Shown: positions 52,405 to 63,667 of the stretch, piece by piece | How the letters are laid out: every line of letters starts with the position of its first letter | How positions within the stretch are numbered: the first letter of the stretch is position 1 | Assembly: GCA_016788185.1 (NCBI GenBank) | Contig: JAEUTF010000185.1 | Span: 1,805 to 65,804, forward strand | Reading direction: 5' to 3' | DNA from: Bacteroidia bacterium | GTDB taxonomy: Bacteria; Bacteroidota; Bacteroidia; AKYH767-A; OLB10 | Length of the DNA stretch: 64,000 nt | Position numbers and translations under genes: made by a program | The notes under the pieces: model-generated | The model's database searches: none | What the model was told of the DNA's origin: nothing | The model's input: the letters and a program-made list of their open reading frames with translations, nothing else

Positions 52405-52412
52405 TAACTTTG
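52405..52412 (+). promoter_or_regulatory. -7 promoter box TAACTTTG with a -33-like TTG (52383-52385) for the str operon
   Basis: Exact TAnnTTTG match with a TTG 19 nt upstream, 62 nt before the rpsL ATG. Confidence 0.55.
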
Positions 52413-52474
52413 CACTCCCTTTTTGGGGGTATAGTGTATCTAATTCACTGATCCAGAACTGAAAAAAATTAAGA

Positions 52475-52879
52475 ATGCCTACAATTCAACAGTTAGTACG
52501 TAAAGGCCGCGAGGCGCTGGTGGATAAAAGTAAATCCCCGGCACTCACTTCATGTCCTCAGCGCCGTGGAGTGTGTACCCGTGTATACACCACCACTCCC
52601 AAGAAGCCGAATTCGGCCATGCGTAAAGTGGCCCGTGTTCGTTTGACCAACAAATTCGAAGTAACGGCTTACATTCCTGGCGAAGGTCATAACCTCCAGG
52701 AGCACAGTATTGTGATGATCCGCGGTGGCAGGGTGAAAGACCTTCCCGGCGTACGTTATCACATCATCCGTGGTGCGCTGGATACCTCCGGTGTTGAAGG
52801 ACGTAATCAGCGTCGTTCCAAATACGGCACAAAACGCCCGAAGCCGGGAGCAGCTCCTGCCGCAAAAGGTAAAAAGTAA
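52475..52879 (+). CDS. rpsL: 30S ribosomal protein S12
   Basis: [13 protein letters not shown]...[18 protein letters not shown]...[29 protein letters not shown]. Confidence 0.98.
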   Translation: MPTIQQLVRKGREALVDKSKSPALTSCPQRRGVCTRVYTTTPKKPNSAMRKVARVRLTNKFEVTAYIPGEGHNLQEHSIVMIRGGRVKDLPGVRYHIIRGALDTSGVEGRNQRRSKYGTKRPKPGAAPAAKGKK

Positions 52880-52922
52880 TAAACAATAAATTAAGATTCA
52901 GATAATTATACCCTTCTGATCC

Positions 52923-53390
52923 ATGAGGAAGACCAAACCAAAGAAGCGCCCGATTCTGCCGGATCCCAAATTTAACGATCCATTGGTGACACGATTTGTA
53001 AACATGCTGATGTATTCCGGTAAAAAAGGTACCGGTTTCCAGTTGTTTTACGCCGCACTCGACAAAGTGGAAGCGCGTACCAAAGAAAGCGGACTTGAAA
53101 CCTGGCGCACGGCTTTGAACAACGTGATGCCTGCCGTGGAAGTAAAGAGCCGTCGTGTAGGTGGAGCCACCTTCCAGATTCCTTCAGAAGTACGTCCCGA
53201 CCGCAAAATTTCAGTTGGTATCAAGTGGATGATCCTTTATGCCCGTAAACGCAATGAAAAAAGCATGGCGGATAAACTGGCCGGAGAGATCATTGCCGCT
53301 GCCAAAGGTGAAGGTGCTGCCGTCAAGAAGAAGGACGATACCCACCGGATGGCGGATGCCAACAAGGCCTTCTCACATTTCCGTGTTTAA
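52923..53390 (+). CDS. rpsG: 30S ribosomal protein S7
   Basis: 155 aa. [17 protein letters not shown]..., [32 protein letters not shown]. Confidence 0.98.
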   Translation: MRKTKPKKRPILPDPKFNDPLVTRFVNMLMYSGKKGTGFQLFYAALDKVEARTKESGLETWRTALNNVMPAVEVKSRRVGGATFQIPSEVRPDRKISVGIKWMILYARKRNEKSMADKLAGEIIAAAKGEGAAVKKKDDTHRMADANKAFSHFRV

Positions 53391-53424
53391 TCATCAAATT
53401 AAAGAGTAATACCCAAAGCATAAG

Positions 53425-55563
53425 ATGTCACAGGACGTTAAAGATTTAAAGTATGTACGCAACATTGGTATCGCGGCCCACATCGATGCGGGTAAAACGA
53501 CGACCACGGAGCGTATTTTGTATTATACCGGTGTAAACCATAAAATCGGCGAGGTGCACGATGGTGCAGCCACGATGGACTGGATGGTGCAGGAGCAGGA
53601 GCGTGGTATCACCATTACCTCAGCGGCCACCACGGCTTTTTGGAATTACCGCAATAACAAATACAAGATTAACATCATTGATACACCGGGACACGTGGAT
53701 TTTACCGTAGAGGTAAACCGATCCCTTCGTATTCTGGATGGTCTGGTGTTCCTGTTCTCTTCTGTGGATGGTGTTGAGCCGCAGTCGGAGACCAACTGGC
53801 GCCTTGCCAACAATTACAACGTTACCCGTATCGGATTCGTGAACAAGATGGACCGTGCCGGTGCTGACTTTTTGAATGTGGTTCGGCAGGTTCGTGAAGT
53901 ACTGGGTGGTAATGCACTTCCCCTGCAACTTCCGATTGGCGCTGAAGAAACCTTTAAAGGGGTGGTTGACCTGGTGAACTTCCGCGGTATCGTGTGGAAC
54001 GAGTCGGATCAGGGCATGACCTATGAGGTGGTTCCCATTCCTGCCGACATGGAAGAGGAAGCCAGAGAGTACCGTGAGAAACTTCTTGAAGCCTGTGCAG
54101 AGTTTGACGACAAGCTGATGGAGAAGTATTTTGAAGATCCCGCCTCCATCTCTGAAGCTGAAATCCTGACCGCGCTCCGCCAGGCCTGTGTGGCCAACAA
54201 AGTGGTTCCCATGCTTTGCGGTTCTGCATTCAAAAACAAAGGGGTTCAGACCATGCTCGATTACGTCATGGAACTGATGCCGTCTCCGCTGGATAAAAAC
54301 AATATTATAGGAACCAATCCTGATACCGGAGAAGAAATTTCACGTCGTCCGGATGCGAAAGAGCCATTTACCGCCCTTGCGTTCAAGATTGCTACCGATC
54401 CTTTTGTAGGCCGTTTGGCGTATTTCCGTTGCTATAGCGGCAAGCTGGATGCCGGTTCCTATGTACTCAATACCCGTTCCGGTAACAAAGAGCGTATTTC
54501 CAGGATTTTCCAGATGCATGCCAACAAGCAAAACCAGATTCCTTCCATTGAGGCAGGCGATATCGGTGCTGCAGTAGGTTTCAAGGACATCAAGACCGGT
54601 GATACCCTCTGTGCGGAAGATGCTCCGATGGTGCTGGAGGCGATGAATTTCCCGGAGCCGGTAATCGGCCTCGCGATCGAGCCGAAAACACAGGGCGACA
54701 TGGATAAGCTGGGTGTGGCTTTGGGCAAACTGGCCGAAGAAGATCCGACCTTCCGCGTGAAGTCTGACGAAGACAGTGGTCAGACCATCATCAGCGGAAT
54801 GGGTGAGTTGCACCTTGAAATCATTGTGGACCGTTTAAAGCGGGAGTTTAAAGTAGAAGTAAACCAGGGTGCACCCCAGGTAAATTATAAAGAGGCTATC
54901 ACCGGTTCCTTTGAGCACCGTGAGGTGTACAAAAAACAAACGGGTGGTCGCGGTAAATTCGCCGACATCAAATTTGTGGTTTCACCGGCCGATGCGGATT
55001 TTGAGGTTACTGATAAAAACGGAGGCCTGCAGTTCCTCAACGAAATCACCGGCGGTAACATTCCCCGTGAATTTATTCCTGCTGTTGAAAAGGGTTTCCG
55101 TTCAGCCATGGTCAATGGAGTACTGGCCGGTTACCAGATGCAGACCATGAAAGTGCGCCTGATCGATGGTTCTTACCATACCGTTGACTCCGATTCACTC
55201 TCGTTTGAAATCTGTGCCCGTACCGCCTTCCGTGAAGCGCTTCCGAAAGCCAAGCCGATCCTCCTCGAGCCGATCATGAAGCTGGAAGTAATCACCCCGG
55301 AGCAGAACATGGGTGATGTGGTAGGTGACCTGAACCGTCGCCGTGGCCAGATGGAAGGTATGGATTCCCGTGCCGGCGCCCAGGTGGTTAAAGCCAAGGT
55401 ACCGCTGTCGGAAATGTTTGGGTATGTGACGGCACTTCGTACCATCACATCCGGACGTGCTTCTTCTACCATGGAATTTTCACATTATGCGGAAGCCCCG
55501 CGCAACATCGCTGAAGAAGTAATTGCCAAAGCAAAAGGTAAAGCTGCTGCCGAAAGGGTATAA
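53425..55563 (+). CDS. fusA: Elongation factor G
   Basis: 712 aa. [45 protein letters not shown]. Confidence 0.98.
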   Translation: MSQDVKDLKYVRNIGIAAHIDAGKTTTTERILYYTGVNHKIGEVHDGAATMDWMVQEQERGITITSAATTAFWNYRNNKYKINIIDTPGHVDFTVEVNRSLRILDGLVFLFSSVDGVEPQSETNWRLANNYNVTRIGFVNKMDRAGADFLNVVRQVREVLGGNALPLQLPIGAEETFKGVVDLVNFRGIVWNESDQGMTYEVVPIPADMEEEAREYREKLLEACAEFDDKLMEKYFEDPASISEAEILTALRQACVANKVVPMLCGSAFKNKGVQTMLDYVMELMPSPLDKNNIIGTNPDTGEEISRRPDAKEPFTALAFKIATDPFVGRLAYFRCYSGKLDAGSYVLNTRSGNKERISRIFQMHANKQNQIPSIEAGDIGAAVGFKDIKTGDTLCAEDAPMVLEAMNFPEPVIGLAIEPKTQGDMDKLGVALGKLAEEDPTFRVKSDEDSGQTIISGMGELHLEIIVDRLKREFKVEVNQGAPQVNYKEAITGSFEHREVYKKQTGGRGKFADIKFVVSPADADFEVTDKNGGLQFLNEITGGNIPREFIPAVEKGFRSAMVNGVLAGYQMQTMKVRLIDGSYHTVDSDSLSFEICARTAFREALPKAKPILLEPIMKLEVITPEQNMGDVVGDLNRRRGQMEGMDSRAGAQVVKAKVPLSEMFGYVTALRTITSGRASSTMEFSHYAEAPRNIAEEVIAKAKGKAAAERV

Positions 55564-55599
55564 GCTTCAAAATAAAGACCTCAACACCGTTCTTATAAA

Positions 55600-55905
55600 A
55601 TGAGCCAGAGAATCAGAATCAAATTGAAGTCATACGATTTTAACCTCGTGGATAAATCTGCAGAGAAAATCGTTAAGACTGTGAAGCCTACAGGAGCTGT
55701 TGTCAGCGGACCTATTCCGCTTCCTACCGAGAAGAAGATTTACACCGTACTCCGGTCCCCGCACGTCAATAAGAAAGCGCGCGAACAGTTTCAGTTGTGC
55801 TCCTACAAGCGTTTGCTTGATATCTACAGTTCAACCGCCAAAACGGTGGATGCACTGATGAAACTGGAGCTACCCAGCGGAGTAGAGGTCGAAATCAAAG
55901 TATAG
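55600..55905 (+). CDS. rpsJ: 30S ribosomal protein S10
   Basis: 101 aa. [11 protein letters not shown]...LDKS..., [14 protein letters not shown]. It follows fusA directly, with no tuf between, as is usual in Bacteroidota. Confidence 0.97.
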   Translation: MSQRIRIKLKSYDFNLVDKSAEKIVKTVKPTGAVVSGPIPLPTEKKIYTVLRSPHVNKKAREQFQLCSYKRLLDIYSSTAKTVDALMKLELPSGVEVEIKV

Positions 55906-56026
55906 TGATCTTCCGCCCATCAGGAAGAAACGTTCTTTACTTATTATCCGAATTCATTCAGCACCTGGCTTGAGCCATGTGCATATCAATAATCATTAAG
56001 TCCAAAACAACTAAAAGATAGTTAAG

Positions 56027-56644
56027 ATGGCAAGTATCATCGGAAAAAAAGTTGGCATGACCAGCATCTTCGATGCAGACGGAAAAAACATTCCCTGCAC
56101 CGTAGTTGAAGCCGGCCCTTGTGTTGTGACACAAGTTAAAACGGTCGATAAAGACGGCTATAGCGCCGTTCAACTCGCCTTTGGTGAGAAGAGAGAGAAA
56201 AATACGCCCCAGCCTATGCTGGGACATTTTAAGAAGGCAAACACCACGCCTAAGCGCAAGCTTATGGAATTCCAGGATTTTGAACAGGAGTTCCAGACCG
56301 GCGATGTGGTGAAATGCGATATTTTTTCAGAAGGCGACTTCTGTGAAGTAGTCGGTACTTCCAAAGGAAAAGGTTTTCAGGGTGTAGTGAAGCGTCACAA
56401 TTTTGGTGGTGTGGGCGGATCTACCCACGGTCAGCACGACCGTCAGCGCGCTCCCGGTTCATTGGGTGCTTCTTCATGGCCTTCACGTGTTATGAAGGGC
56501 ATGCGCATGGCCGGACACAAAGGGGATGTTCGCGTTAAACTTCAAAATCTTCAGGTAGTAAGAGTGTTGCCGGAGCAGAATCTCCTCCTTATCAAAGGAG
56601 CGATTCCCGGACATAAAGGTTCATTTGTAACGGTGTCGAAATAA
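56027..56644 (+). CDS. rplC: 50S ribosomal protein L3
   Basis: 205 aa. [13 protein letters not shown]..., [28 protein letters not shown]. Confidence 0.97.
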   Translation: MASIIGKKVGMTSIFDADGKNIPCTVVEAGPCVVTQVKTVDKDGYSAVQLAFGEKREKNTPQPMLGHFKKANTTPKRKLMEFQDFEQEFQTGDVVKCDIFSEGDFCEVVGTSKGKGFQGVVKRHNFGGVGGSTHGQHDRQRAPGSLGASSWPSRVMKGMRMAGHKGDVRVKLQNLQVVRVLPEQNLLLIKGAIPGHKGSFVTVSK

Positions 56645-56646
56645 TC

Positions 56647-57276
56647 ATGGACGTATCAGTTTATAATATCACAGGAAAGGAAACAGGCCGCAAAGCAAGC
56701 CTGAACGACGAGATCTTTGGTGTTAATCCCAATGATCATGCTATCTATCTCGATGTGAAGCAATTCCTTGCGAACAAGCGTCAGGGAACGCATAAATCGA
56801 AAGAGCGTAACGAGATATCCGGAACAACCAAAAAGCTGAAGCGCCAGAAAGGTACCGGTGGTGCCCGTGCCGGTTCAATGAAAAGCCCGGTTTTCGTTGG
56901 CGGAGGACGCATTTTCGGACCCCGTCCGCGCGATTATTCCTTCAGTCTGAACAAGAAATTGAAGCGTCTGGCCAGGATTTCAGCCTTGTCTTACAAAGCC
57001 AAGGGCAATAACATCATGGTTCTGGAAGACTTCAATTTCGATCAGCCGAAAACGAAGCAAATGGCCGACCTGGTAAAAAATCTCCAGGTATCCGATAAAA
57101 AAACCTTATTGGTTCTGCCTCAATCGAATAAAAACGTATATTTGTCGTCCCGAAATTTAGAGCGTAGCAAAGTCGTAACTGCTTCCGATTTAAACACTTA
57201 CGACATCGTAAATGCTCAAAATATCATCGTAACAGAGAGCTCGCTTCCGGTCATCGAAAGCACCCTGCTCAAATAA
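56647..57276 (+). CDS. rplD: 50S ribosomal protein L4
   Basis: 209 aa. [41 protein letters not shown]. Confidence 0.96.
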   Translation: MDVSVYNITGKETGRKASLNDEIFGVNPNDHAIYLDVKQFLANKRQGTHKSKERNEISGTTKKLKRQKGTGGARAGSMKSPVFVGGGRIFGPRPRDYSFSLNKKLKRLARISALSYKAKGNNIMVLEDFNFDQPKTKQMADLVKNLQVSDKKTLLVLPQSNKNVYLSSRNLERSKVVTASDLNTYDIVNAQNIIVTESSLPVIESTLLK

Positions 57277-57382
57277 TAAACAGCCCGGCGGAGAAAAGTT
57301 CCGGTAAAACGGATGAAATCCTCCCGGGTTGATAGTCTTAAATAACTAAGTGCATAGGCACGATAAACCTATAGAGTAACAA

Positions 57383-57673
57383 ATGGATATTCTGAAGAAA
57401 CCGGTGGTCACTGAAAAGATGAACCGGATTACTGAAAAGCAGCCCCGCTATGGTTTCATAGTCGACAAGCGTTCCAACAAGCTTGAGATTAAGAAAGCGG
57501 TGGAAGCCATGTACGGTGTTACCGTTGAATCTGTCAATACCATGATTTACCGTGGTAAGTCAAAGTCGCGTGGTACCAAGACCGGCTTTGTTAGCGGTCA
57601 GCGTCCCAACACCAAAAAAGCAATCGTTACCCTGAAGAAGGGAGAGATGATTGATTTCTTCAGCAATATCTAA
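57383..57673 (+). CDS. rplW: 50S ribosomal protein L23
   Basis: 96 aa. [11 protein letters not shown]..., [29 protein letters not shown]. Confidence 0.96.
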   Translation: MDILKKPVVTEKMNRITEKQPRYGFIVDKRSNKLEIKKAVEAMYGVTVESVNTMIYRGKSKSRGTKTGFVSGQRPNTKKAIVTLKKGEMIDFFSNI

Positions 57674-57693
57674 TAAGGCAAGAGCAAATAGAA

Positions 57694-58518
57694 ATGGGTA
57701 CTCAGAAAATTCGTCCAATGACCCCGGGGCAGCGTCACCTGACCCGTAACGATTATTCAGAAATCACGGCGAGTGAGCCGGAGAAATCCCTTCTCGTTTC
57801 CATGAAACGCAGCGGTGGTCGTAACAATACCGGTAAAATGACCATGCGCTACATGGGCGGCGGTCACCGGAAATTGTACCGGATCATCGATTTTAAGCGT
57901 GATAAGTTCAATGTAACAGGAACTGTAGAAACCGTTGAGTACGATCCGAACCGCACGTCCTTCATCGCCCTGGTGAAGTACAGCGACGGCGAGAAGCGTT
58001 ATATCATCGCTCCGAACGGAATCAAAGTAGGACAAACGGTGGCATCGGGTGAAACCGTTGCGCCTGAAGTCGGCAATGCCATGCCTTTGAAGGATATTCC
58101 GCTGGGTACGGTGGTGCACAATATTGAAATGCGTCCCGGCCAGGGTGGCAAAATTGCCCGCAGCGCGGGTTCGTATGCGCAGCTGGCTGCACGTGAAGAA
58201 AAATACGCCATTCTTAAAATGCCTTCCGGTGAAACCCGTAAGGTGTTGGTGACCTGCATGGCATCCATCGGTTCCGTTTCCAATGCCGATCATGACAAGC
58301 AAAGCAAGGGCAAAGCCGGTCGTAACCGTTGGATCGGTATTCGTCCGAGGGTACGTGGCGTGGCCATGAACCCGGTTGATCACCCGATGGGTGGTGGTGA
58401 AGGACGTGCCTCCGGCGGTCATCCGCGCTCCCGCAAGGGCCTTATTGCAAAGGGCTACAAGACCCGCAAGAAGAGCAATCCGACGAACAAGTACATTCTC
58501 GAACGTCGTAAGAAATAA
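57694..58518 (+). CDS. rplB: 50S ribosomal protein L2
   Basis: 274 aa. [54 protein letters not shown]. Confidence 0.98.
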   Translation: MGTQKIRPMTPGQRHLTRNDYSEITASEPEKSLLVSMKRSGGRNNTGKMTMRYMGGGHRKLYRIIDFKRDKFNVTGTVETVEYDPNRTSFIALVKYSDGEKRYIIAPNGIKVGQTVASGETVAPEVGNAMPLKDIPLGTVVHNIEMRPGQGGKIARSAGSYAQLAAREEKYAILKMPSGETRKVLVTCMASIGSVSNADHDKQSKGKAGRNRWIGIRPRVRGVAMNPVDHPMGGGEGRASGGHPRSRKGLIAKGYKTRKKSNPTNKYILERRKK

Positions 58519-58548
58519 TTGTTAACAGGATTCTGAAGTATATACAAC

Positions 58549-58827
58549 ATGAGTCGTTCGCTTAAAAAAGGGCCTTTCATCGATTACAAGCTCGAGCAAA
58601 AAGTGCTTGACATGGCTGAAGGCAAGAAAAAAGTTACCATTAAAACCTGGTCGCGCAGGTCCATGATTTCACCTGATTTCGTTGGTAACACGTTCGCGGT
58701 TCACAACGGGAATAAATTCATTCCGGTGTACGTGACTGAAAACATGGTTGGACATAAACTCGGGGAATTTGCACCTACGCGTACCTTCAGGGGCCACTCC
58801 GGAAATAAAGACAAAGGATCGAAATAG
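58549..58827 (+). CDS. rpsS: 30S ribosomal protein S19
   Basis: 92 aa. [11 protein letters not shown]..., [48 protein letters not shown]. Confidence 0.98.
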   Translation: MSRSLKKGPFIDYKLEQKVLDMAEGKKKVTIKTWSRRSMISPDFVGNTFAVHNGNKFIPVYVTENMVGHKLGEFAPTRTFRGHSGNKDKGSK

Positions 58828-58829
58828 TC

Positions 58830-59258
58830 ATGGGAGCCAGAAAACGTAATGTCGCAACACAGCGCAAGGCTACTTTGAAGAATGTAGCCTACGCTAAGTT
58901 AAATGATTGCCCGACCTCACCCAGGAAAATGCGGCTTGTGGCTGACATGATCCGTGGCAAAAGGGTAGACCTTGCTCTCGCCATGCTGCGCCTGAGCACC
59001 AAAGAGGCGGCCGGCCGCCTGGAGAAACTGCTGCTGTCCGCGCTTGCCAACTGGCAGTCGAAGAACGAAGGCAGCCGTATCGAAGATCAGGAACTGGTTG
59101 TGAAATCAGTGAATGTAGATGCAGGCCGCATGCTGAAACGCCTTCGTCCCGCTCCGCAAGGCCGCGGATACAGGGTTCGCAAACGTTCAAACCATATAAC
59201 AATTGTAGTGGACAACAAGAATGCACTTGTCGCTGCTGAAACTAATACCGCAAACTAA
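58830..59258 (+). CDS. rplV: 50S ribosomal protein L22
   Basis: 142 aa. [46 protein letters not shown]. Confidence 0.96.
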   Translation: MGARKRNVATQRKATLKNVAYAKLNDCPTSPRKMRLVADMIRGKRVDLALAMLRLSTKEAAGRLEKLLLSALANWQSKNEGSRIEDQELVVKSVNVDAGRMLKRLRPAPQGRGYRVRKRSNHITIVVDNKNALVAAETNTAN

Positions 59259-59269
59259 GCAAAGAGCAA

Positions 59270-60061
59270 ATGGGACAAAAAGCTAACCCGATTGGTAATC
59301 GTTTAGGGATCATCCGTGGATGGGATTCTAACTGGTACGGTGGTAAGAACTACGCCGATAAACTGGTGGAAGACGAAAAAATCCGCAAATACCTGCTTGC
59401 TCGTCTTTCCAAAGGCGGTGTTTCTCGTATTGTGATTGAGCGCACCCTGAAACTCATCACGGTGACCATTCACACCGCACGTCCGGGTATCGTAATCGGT
59501 AAAGGCGGTGCAGAAGTGGATAAGCTGAAAGAGGAAGTTAAGAAACTTACCAAAAAGGAAGTCCAGATAAACATCTATGAAATCAAGCGTCCTGAACTGG
59601 ATGCACAACTGGTGGCCGATGGCATTGCCCGTCAGCTCGAGGCCAGGATTTCATTTCGCCGCGCCATGAAGCAATCCATTGCTTCCACCATGCGGATGGG
59701 TGCCGAAGGAATCAAGGTAACCTGTGCCGGACGTCTCGGTGGAGCGGAAATCGCCCGTACCGAGCAATACAAAGAAGGCCGTGTACCGCTGCATACTTTC
59801 CGTGCGGATATTGATTATGCTCTTTCTGAGGCATTGACCACGTATGGCATCATCGGCATCAAAGTGTGGATCTGCAAAGGTGAGGTGTACGGCAAGCGTG
59901 ATCTTTCCCCGAACATTGGCATTGCCAGCACCCCTAAAGTGGGTGGAGGTAAAGAGCGTGGTGAGCGTTCGGAGCGTGGTGACCGCGGTGATCGTGGCGG
60001 ACGCGGCGGACGTGGTGGCCACGGTGGTGGTGGTGGACGCGGAAAGTCTTCAAGAGATTAA
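59270..60061 (+). CDS. rpsC: 30S ribosomal protein S3 with a ~40-aa Arg/Gly-rich C-terminal tail
   Basis: 263 aa. [14 protein letters not shown]..., KH-domain core, [26 protein letters not shown], and tail [39 protein letters not shown]. Confidence 0.97.
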   Translation: MGQKANPIGNRLGIIRGWDSNWYGGKNYADKLVEDEKIRKYLLARLSKGGVSRIVIERTLKLITVTIHTARPGIVIGKGGAEVDKLKEEVKKLTKKEVQINIYEIKRPELDAQLVADGIARQLEARISFRRAMKQSIASTMRMGAEGIKVTCAGRLGGAEIARTEQYKEGRVPLHTFRADIDYALSEALTTYGIIGIKVWICKGEVYGKRDLSPNIGIASTPKVGGGKERGERSERGDRGDRGGRGGRGGHGGGGGRGKSSRD

Positions 60062-60103
60062 TACAATTAGCAATAGGACGAATTCAGGATAATTAGTTGA
60101 ATC

Positions 60104-60523
60104 ATGTTACAGCCTAAAAAGACAAAGTTCAGGAAACAGCATAAGATGGTTCCGAGTGGTACAGCCACCCGGGGAACTTCTCTGGCCTTCGGAACTTTTG
60201 GAATCAAATCCCTGGAGACCTGCTGGATTACTTCCCGCCAGATCGAAGCAGCCCGTGTAGCGGTGACCCGTTACATGAAGCGTGAGGGACAAATATGGAT
60301 CCGTATATTCCCGGATAAGCCCATCACCCGCAAACCGCTTGAGGTACGTATGGGTAAGGGAAAGGGAGCGCCTGAATTCTGGGTGGCCACCGTAAAACCG
60401 GGTACCGTTATCTTCGAAGCAGAAGGTGTTCCGATGACCATCGCGAAAGAAGCCCTTCGCCTCGCCGCTCAAAAATTACCGGTTACGACCAAATTCGTGG
60501 TTCGTCCGGATTATCAAGAATAA
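60104..60523 (+). CDS. rplP: 50S ribosomal protein L16
   Basis: 139 aa. [14 protein letters not shown]..., [30 protein letters not shown]. Confidence 0.98.
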   Translation: MLQPKKTKFRKQHKMVPSGTATRGTSLAFGTFGIKSLETCWITSRQIEAARVAVTRYMKREGQIWIRIFPDKPITRKPLEVRMGKGKGAPEFWVATVKPGTVIFEAEGVPMTIAKEALRLAAQKLPVTTKFVVRPDYQE

Positions 60524-60540
60524 TATTCATAAGCATTACC

Positions 60541-60750
60541 ATGAAACAGTCCATCGTTAAGGACCTTACAACGGATGAAGTCCGTGAAAAGATCAGTGAA
60601 GAGCGTGCCAGCTACATTAAATTGAAAATGGCACATGCTGTTTCGCCCATCGAAAACCCAATGAAGCTGCGTGCTTCGCGTCGTGCCATTGCCCGGCTGA
60701 TGAGCGAGCTTCGTAAACGTATGACTCAAACCCAAGCTGCCGAGAAATAA
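60541..60750 (+). CDS. rpmC: 50S ribosomal protein L29
   Basis: 69 aa. [46 protein letters not shown]. Confidence 0.93.
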   Translation: MKQSIVKDLTTDEVREKISEERASYIKLKMAHAVSPIENPMKLRASRRAIARLMSELRKRMTQTQAAEK

Positions 60751-60752
60751 TC

Positions 60753-61010
60753 ATGGAAGTAAGAGCGCTCAGAAAAGAACGTATTGGAATTGTTACCGGT
60801 ACGAAAATGAACAAGTCCATCGTGGTTTCGGTGGAAGCCAGGGAGAAACACCCGAAATACGGCAAGTTCATCAAGAAAACAAAAAAGTTCATGGCGCACG
60901 ATGAAAAGAATGAATGCGGCATGGGTGATACAGTGAAGATCATGGAAACACGCCCCTTGAGCAAACTCAAGCGCTGGCGCATGGTGGAGATCATAGAAAA
61001 AGCGAAATAA
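60753..61010 (+). CDS. rpsQ: 30S ribosomal protein S17
   Basis: 85 aa. [64 protein letters not shown]. Confidence 0.96.
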   Translation: MEVRALRKERIGIVTGTKMNKSIVVSVEAREKHPKYGKFIKKTKKFMAHDEKNECGMGDTVKIMETRPLSKLKRWRMVEIIEKAK

Positions 61011-61057
61011 TCTGTATCCTTCCTTCCGGGGAAGAGCATATTCATTAACGAGATAAA

Positions 61058-61426
61058 ATGATACAGCAAGAGTCAAGGCTCGTAGTAGCCGACAACAGTG
61101 GTGCCAAAGAGGTACTTTGCATCCGCGTACTCGGTGGAACCGGCAAACGGTATGCCTCCCTGGGTGATAAAATCGTAGTGACCGTAAAGAACGCCCTTCC
61201 TTCCGGAAACGTGAAGAAAGGTACTGTTTCAAAGGCAGTCGTGGTGCGCGTGAACAAGGAAGTTCGCCGCGATGACGGTTCTTATATCCGCTTCGACGAC
61301 AACGCCGTGGTGCTCCTGAACAACCAGGATGAATTGCGCGGTACCCGTATTTTCGGACCCGTTGCACGCGAACTGCGCGAGAAACAATTTATGAAGATCG
61401 TATCCTTAGCCCCGGAGGTGCTCTAA
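61058..61426 (+). CDS. rplN: 50S ribosomal protein L14
   Basis: 122 aa. [27 protein letters not shown]..., [12 protein letters not shown]. Confidence 0.98.
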   Translation: MIQQESRLVVADNSGAKEVLCIRVLGGTGKRYASLGDKIVVTVKNALPSGNVKKGTVSKAVVVRVNKEVRRDDGSYIRFDDNAVVLLNNQDELRGTRIFGPVARELREKQFMKIVSLAPEVL

Positions 61427-61429
61427 GAA

Positions 61430-61756
61430 ATGGAACGTAAAAAGAATAAACAACCCAAGCTCCATGTCCGCAAAGGTGACCTCGTGAAGGTGATCAGCGG
61501 TGATTCAAAAGGCCAGCAGGGAAAAGTACTGGAAGTGATTCCCATGGACCGCATGGCCATCGTTGAGAAAGTAAACATGGTATCCAAGCATACCCGTCCG
61601 AACGCGCAGAATACCCAGGGTGGTATCGTGAAGCAGGAAGCACCGGTTCGGATTTCGAAACTGATGGTGATTGACCCGGCTACCGGTAAACCCGGTCGCG
61701 TTGGTCGCCGCATCGAAGACGGTAAGCTTGTTCGTTATATTAAAACCAAGAAATAA
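61430..61756 (+). CDS. rplX: 50S ribosomal protein L24
   Basis: 108 aa. [26 protein letters not shown] (KOW motif). Confidence 0.96.
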   Translation: MERKKNKQPKLHVRKGDLVKVISGDSKGQQGKVLEVIPMDRMAIVEKVNMVSKHTRPNAQNTQGGIVKQEAPVRISKLMVIDPATGKPGRVGRRIEDGKLVRYIKTKK

Positions 61757-61775
61757 CAGGGGGAGGTAAAGAACT

Positions 61776-62333
61776 ATGAATTACGAACCACGCCTGAAAA
61801 CGAAGTACCGCAATGAGGTCGTTAAATCTTTGCGCGACAAGTTTCAATACAAGAGCGTAATGCAGGTGCCACGACTGACTAAAATCTGTATCAACCAGGG
61901 TTTAGGAGACGCCGTGAGCGATAAAAAGATTATCGAATCTGCCATCAGCGAAATGTCGACCATCACCGGTCAGAAAGCCGTGCCGACCAAGTCACGCAAA
62001 GACATTTCAAACTTTAAACTCCGTGCCGGAGTGGCCATCGGTGCCAGGGTGACCCTGCGCGGCGACAGGATGTATGAGTTCCTGGATCGTCTGATCGCCG
62101 TAGCGCTGCCCCGTATCCGCGACTTCCGCGGAGTAAACGACAAGGGTTTCGACGGACGCGGAAATTATACGCTCGGTGTTACCGAACAGATCATCTTCCC
62201 GGAGATCGATATTGACAAGGTGAACAAAATCCAGGGTATGGATATCACCTTCGTGACCACGGCCAAGAAGGACAACGAAGCCATGGAACTCTTAAAAGAA
62301 TTCGGAATTCCTTTCAGGAACCAAAATAAATAA
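61776..62333 (+). CDS. rplE: 50S ribosomal protein L5
   Basis: 185 aa. [12 protein letters not shown]..., [36 protein letters not shown]. Confidence 0.98.
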   Translation: MNYEPRLKTKYRNEVVKSLRDKFQYKSVMQVPRLTKICINQGLGDAVSDKKIIESAISEMSTITGQKAVPTKSRKDISNFKLRAGVAIGARVTLRGDRMYEFLDRLIAVALPRIRDFRGVNDKGFDGRGNYTLGVTEQIIFPEIDIDKVNKIQGMDITFVTTAKKDNEAMELLKEFGIPFRNQNK

Positions 62334-62344
62334 TCTTTCGAACG

Positions 62345-62614
62345 ATGTCAAAAGAATCGATCAAAGCGCGCGAACTGAAGCGCATCCGTACAGTGGAGAA
62401 ATATGCTGAGAAGCGTAAAGAGCTGAAAGAAGCCGGTGACTATGCCGCCATGCAGAAGCTCCCCAGGAATGCCAGCCCTATCCGCGTCAGAAACCGTTGT
62501 AAACTCACCGGTCGTCCCCGTGGTTATATCCGCCAGTTCGGTATTTCCCGCGTGATGTTCCGTAAGCTCGCTCTCGAAGGAAAAATTGCCGGCGTCACCA
62601 AATCCAGCTGGTAA
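62345..62614 (+). CDS. rpsN: 30S ribosomal protein S14 (long, zinc-independent form)
   Basis: 89 aa. [41 protein letters not shown], with only one Cys and therefore no CxxC pairs. Confidence 0.96.
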   Translation: MSKESIKARELKRIRTVEKYAEKRKELKEAGDYAAMQKLPRNASPIRVRNRCKLTGRPRGYIRQFGISRVMFRKLALEGKIAGVTKSSW

Positions 62615-62655
62615 GCCAGGAATTTAAATATTGATTAAACAGAATTAACCAGTCC

Positions 62656-63057
62656 ATGTATACCGATCCAATAGCAGATTACTTAACCCGCATCCGTAAT
62701 GCGGTAAAAGCCAATCACCGTGTAGTGGAAGTACCGGCCTCCAACATGAAAAAGGAAATGACCAAAATCCTTTTTGACAAGGGCTTCATCTCAAACTACA
62801 AGTTCGAAGAGACGGACAATAAGCAGGGTAATATCAAAATCGCGCTGAAGTACAACGCGGTGACCAAATTGCCGGCCATCTCTTCCATTCGCCGCATTTC
62901 CAAGCCGGGTCTGCGCAAGTATGTTAAAGCTGATCGCATTCCCCGTGTCATCAACGGCCTGGGTATTGCCATCGTTTCCACTTCCCATGGATTGATGACG
63001 GATAAAGAAGCCCGTCAGATGAATGTTGGTGGTGAAGTAATTTGTTTCGTGTATTAA
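62656..63057 (+). CDS. rpsH: 30S ribosomal protein S8
   Basis: 133 aa. [13 protein letters not shown]..., [40 protein letters not shown]. Confidence 0.98.
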   Translation: MYTDPIADYLTRIRNAVKANHRVVEVPASNMKKEMTKILFDKGFISNYKFEETDNKQGNIKIALKYNAVTKLPAISSIRRISKPGLRKYVKADRIPRVINGLGIAIVSTSHGLMTDKEARQMNVGGEVICFVY

Positions 63058-63081
63058 TCTTTAAAATATTACGACGATAAA

Positions 63082-63636
63082 ATGTCACGCGTAGGAAAAA
63101 ACCCGATCAATATACCGAGTGGTGTTCAGGTGTCTGTGAATGGCCGTGAAGTGGCTGTTAAAGGACCCAAAGGAACGCTTACGCAGTCGGTTGAAGACGG
63201 CATTGAGGTTAAAGTGGACGGTGCCCAGGTACTGCTCAGCCGTGCTACTGAACAAAAGCGCCATCGCGCCCTGCATGGATTGTACCGTGCATTGATCAAT
63301 AACATGGTGGTAGGTGTATCTACCGGTTTCAAAGTTGAACAGGAACTTGTAGGTGTAGGTTACCGTGCATCGAATCAGGGCAACCTGCTCGATCTCGTAC
63401 TGGGGTATTCTCACCACGTGGTATTCGACTTGCCCACCGAAATCAAAGTGGCTACCCGCCAGGACAAAGGTCAGAACCCGATCATCACCCTGGAAAGCCA
63501 CGATAAGCAATTGCTCGGTCAGGTGGCGGCCAAGATCCGCTCCTTGCGCGTTCCTGAGCCTTACAAAGGAAAAGGTATCAAGTTTGTGGGTGAACAACTC
63601 CGCAGGAAGGCCGGTAAATCAGCTTCCAAGAAATAA
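63082..63636 (+). CDS. rplF: 50S ribosomal protein L6
   Basis: 184 aa. MSRVGKNPINIPSGVQVSVNGREVAVKGPKGTL..., EPYKGKGIKFVGE. Confidence 0.98.
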   Translation: MSRVGKNPINIPSGVQVSVNGREVAVKGPKGTLTQSVEDGIEVKVDGAQVLLSRATEQKRHRALHGLYRALINNMVVGVSTGFKVEQELVGVGYRASNQGNLLDLVLGYSHHVVFDLPTEIKVATRQDKGQNPIITLESHDKQLLGQVAAKIRSLRVPEPYKGKGIKFVGEQLRRKAGKSASKK

Positions 63637-63667
63637 TAATTATTAACCGATATAGTTCCGGTTTATC

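Noticed and set aside
57757-58422. 221-aa minus-strand ORF inside rplB, and others inside ribosomal genes (59651-60022, 60726-61367, 63085-63597, 54340-54813)
   Set aside because: They are antisense shadows of highly conserved ribosomal and EF-G genes. There is no independent evidence for them, and long stop-free antisense frames are expected from the codon bias.
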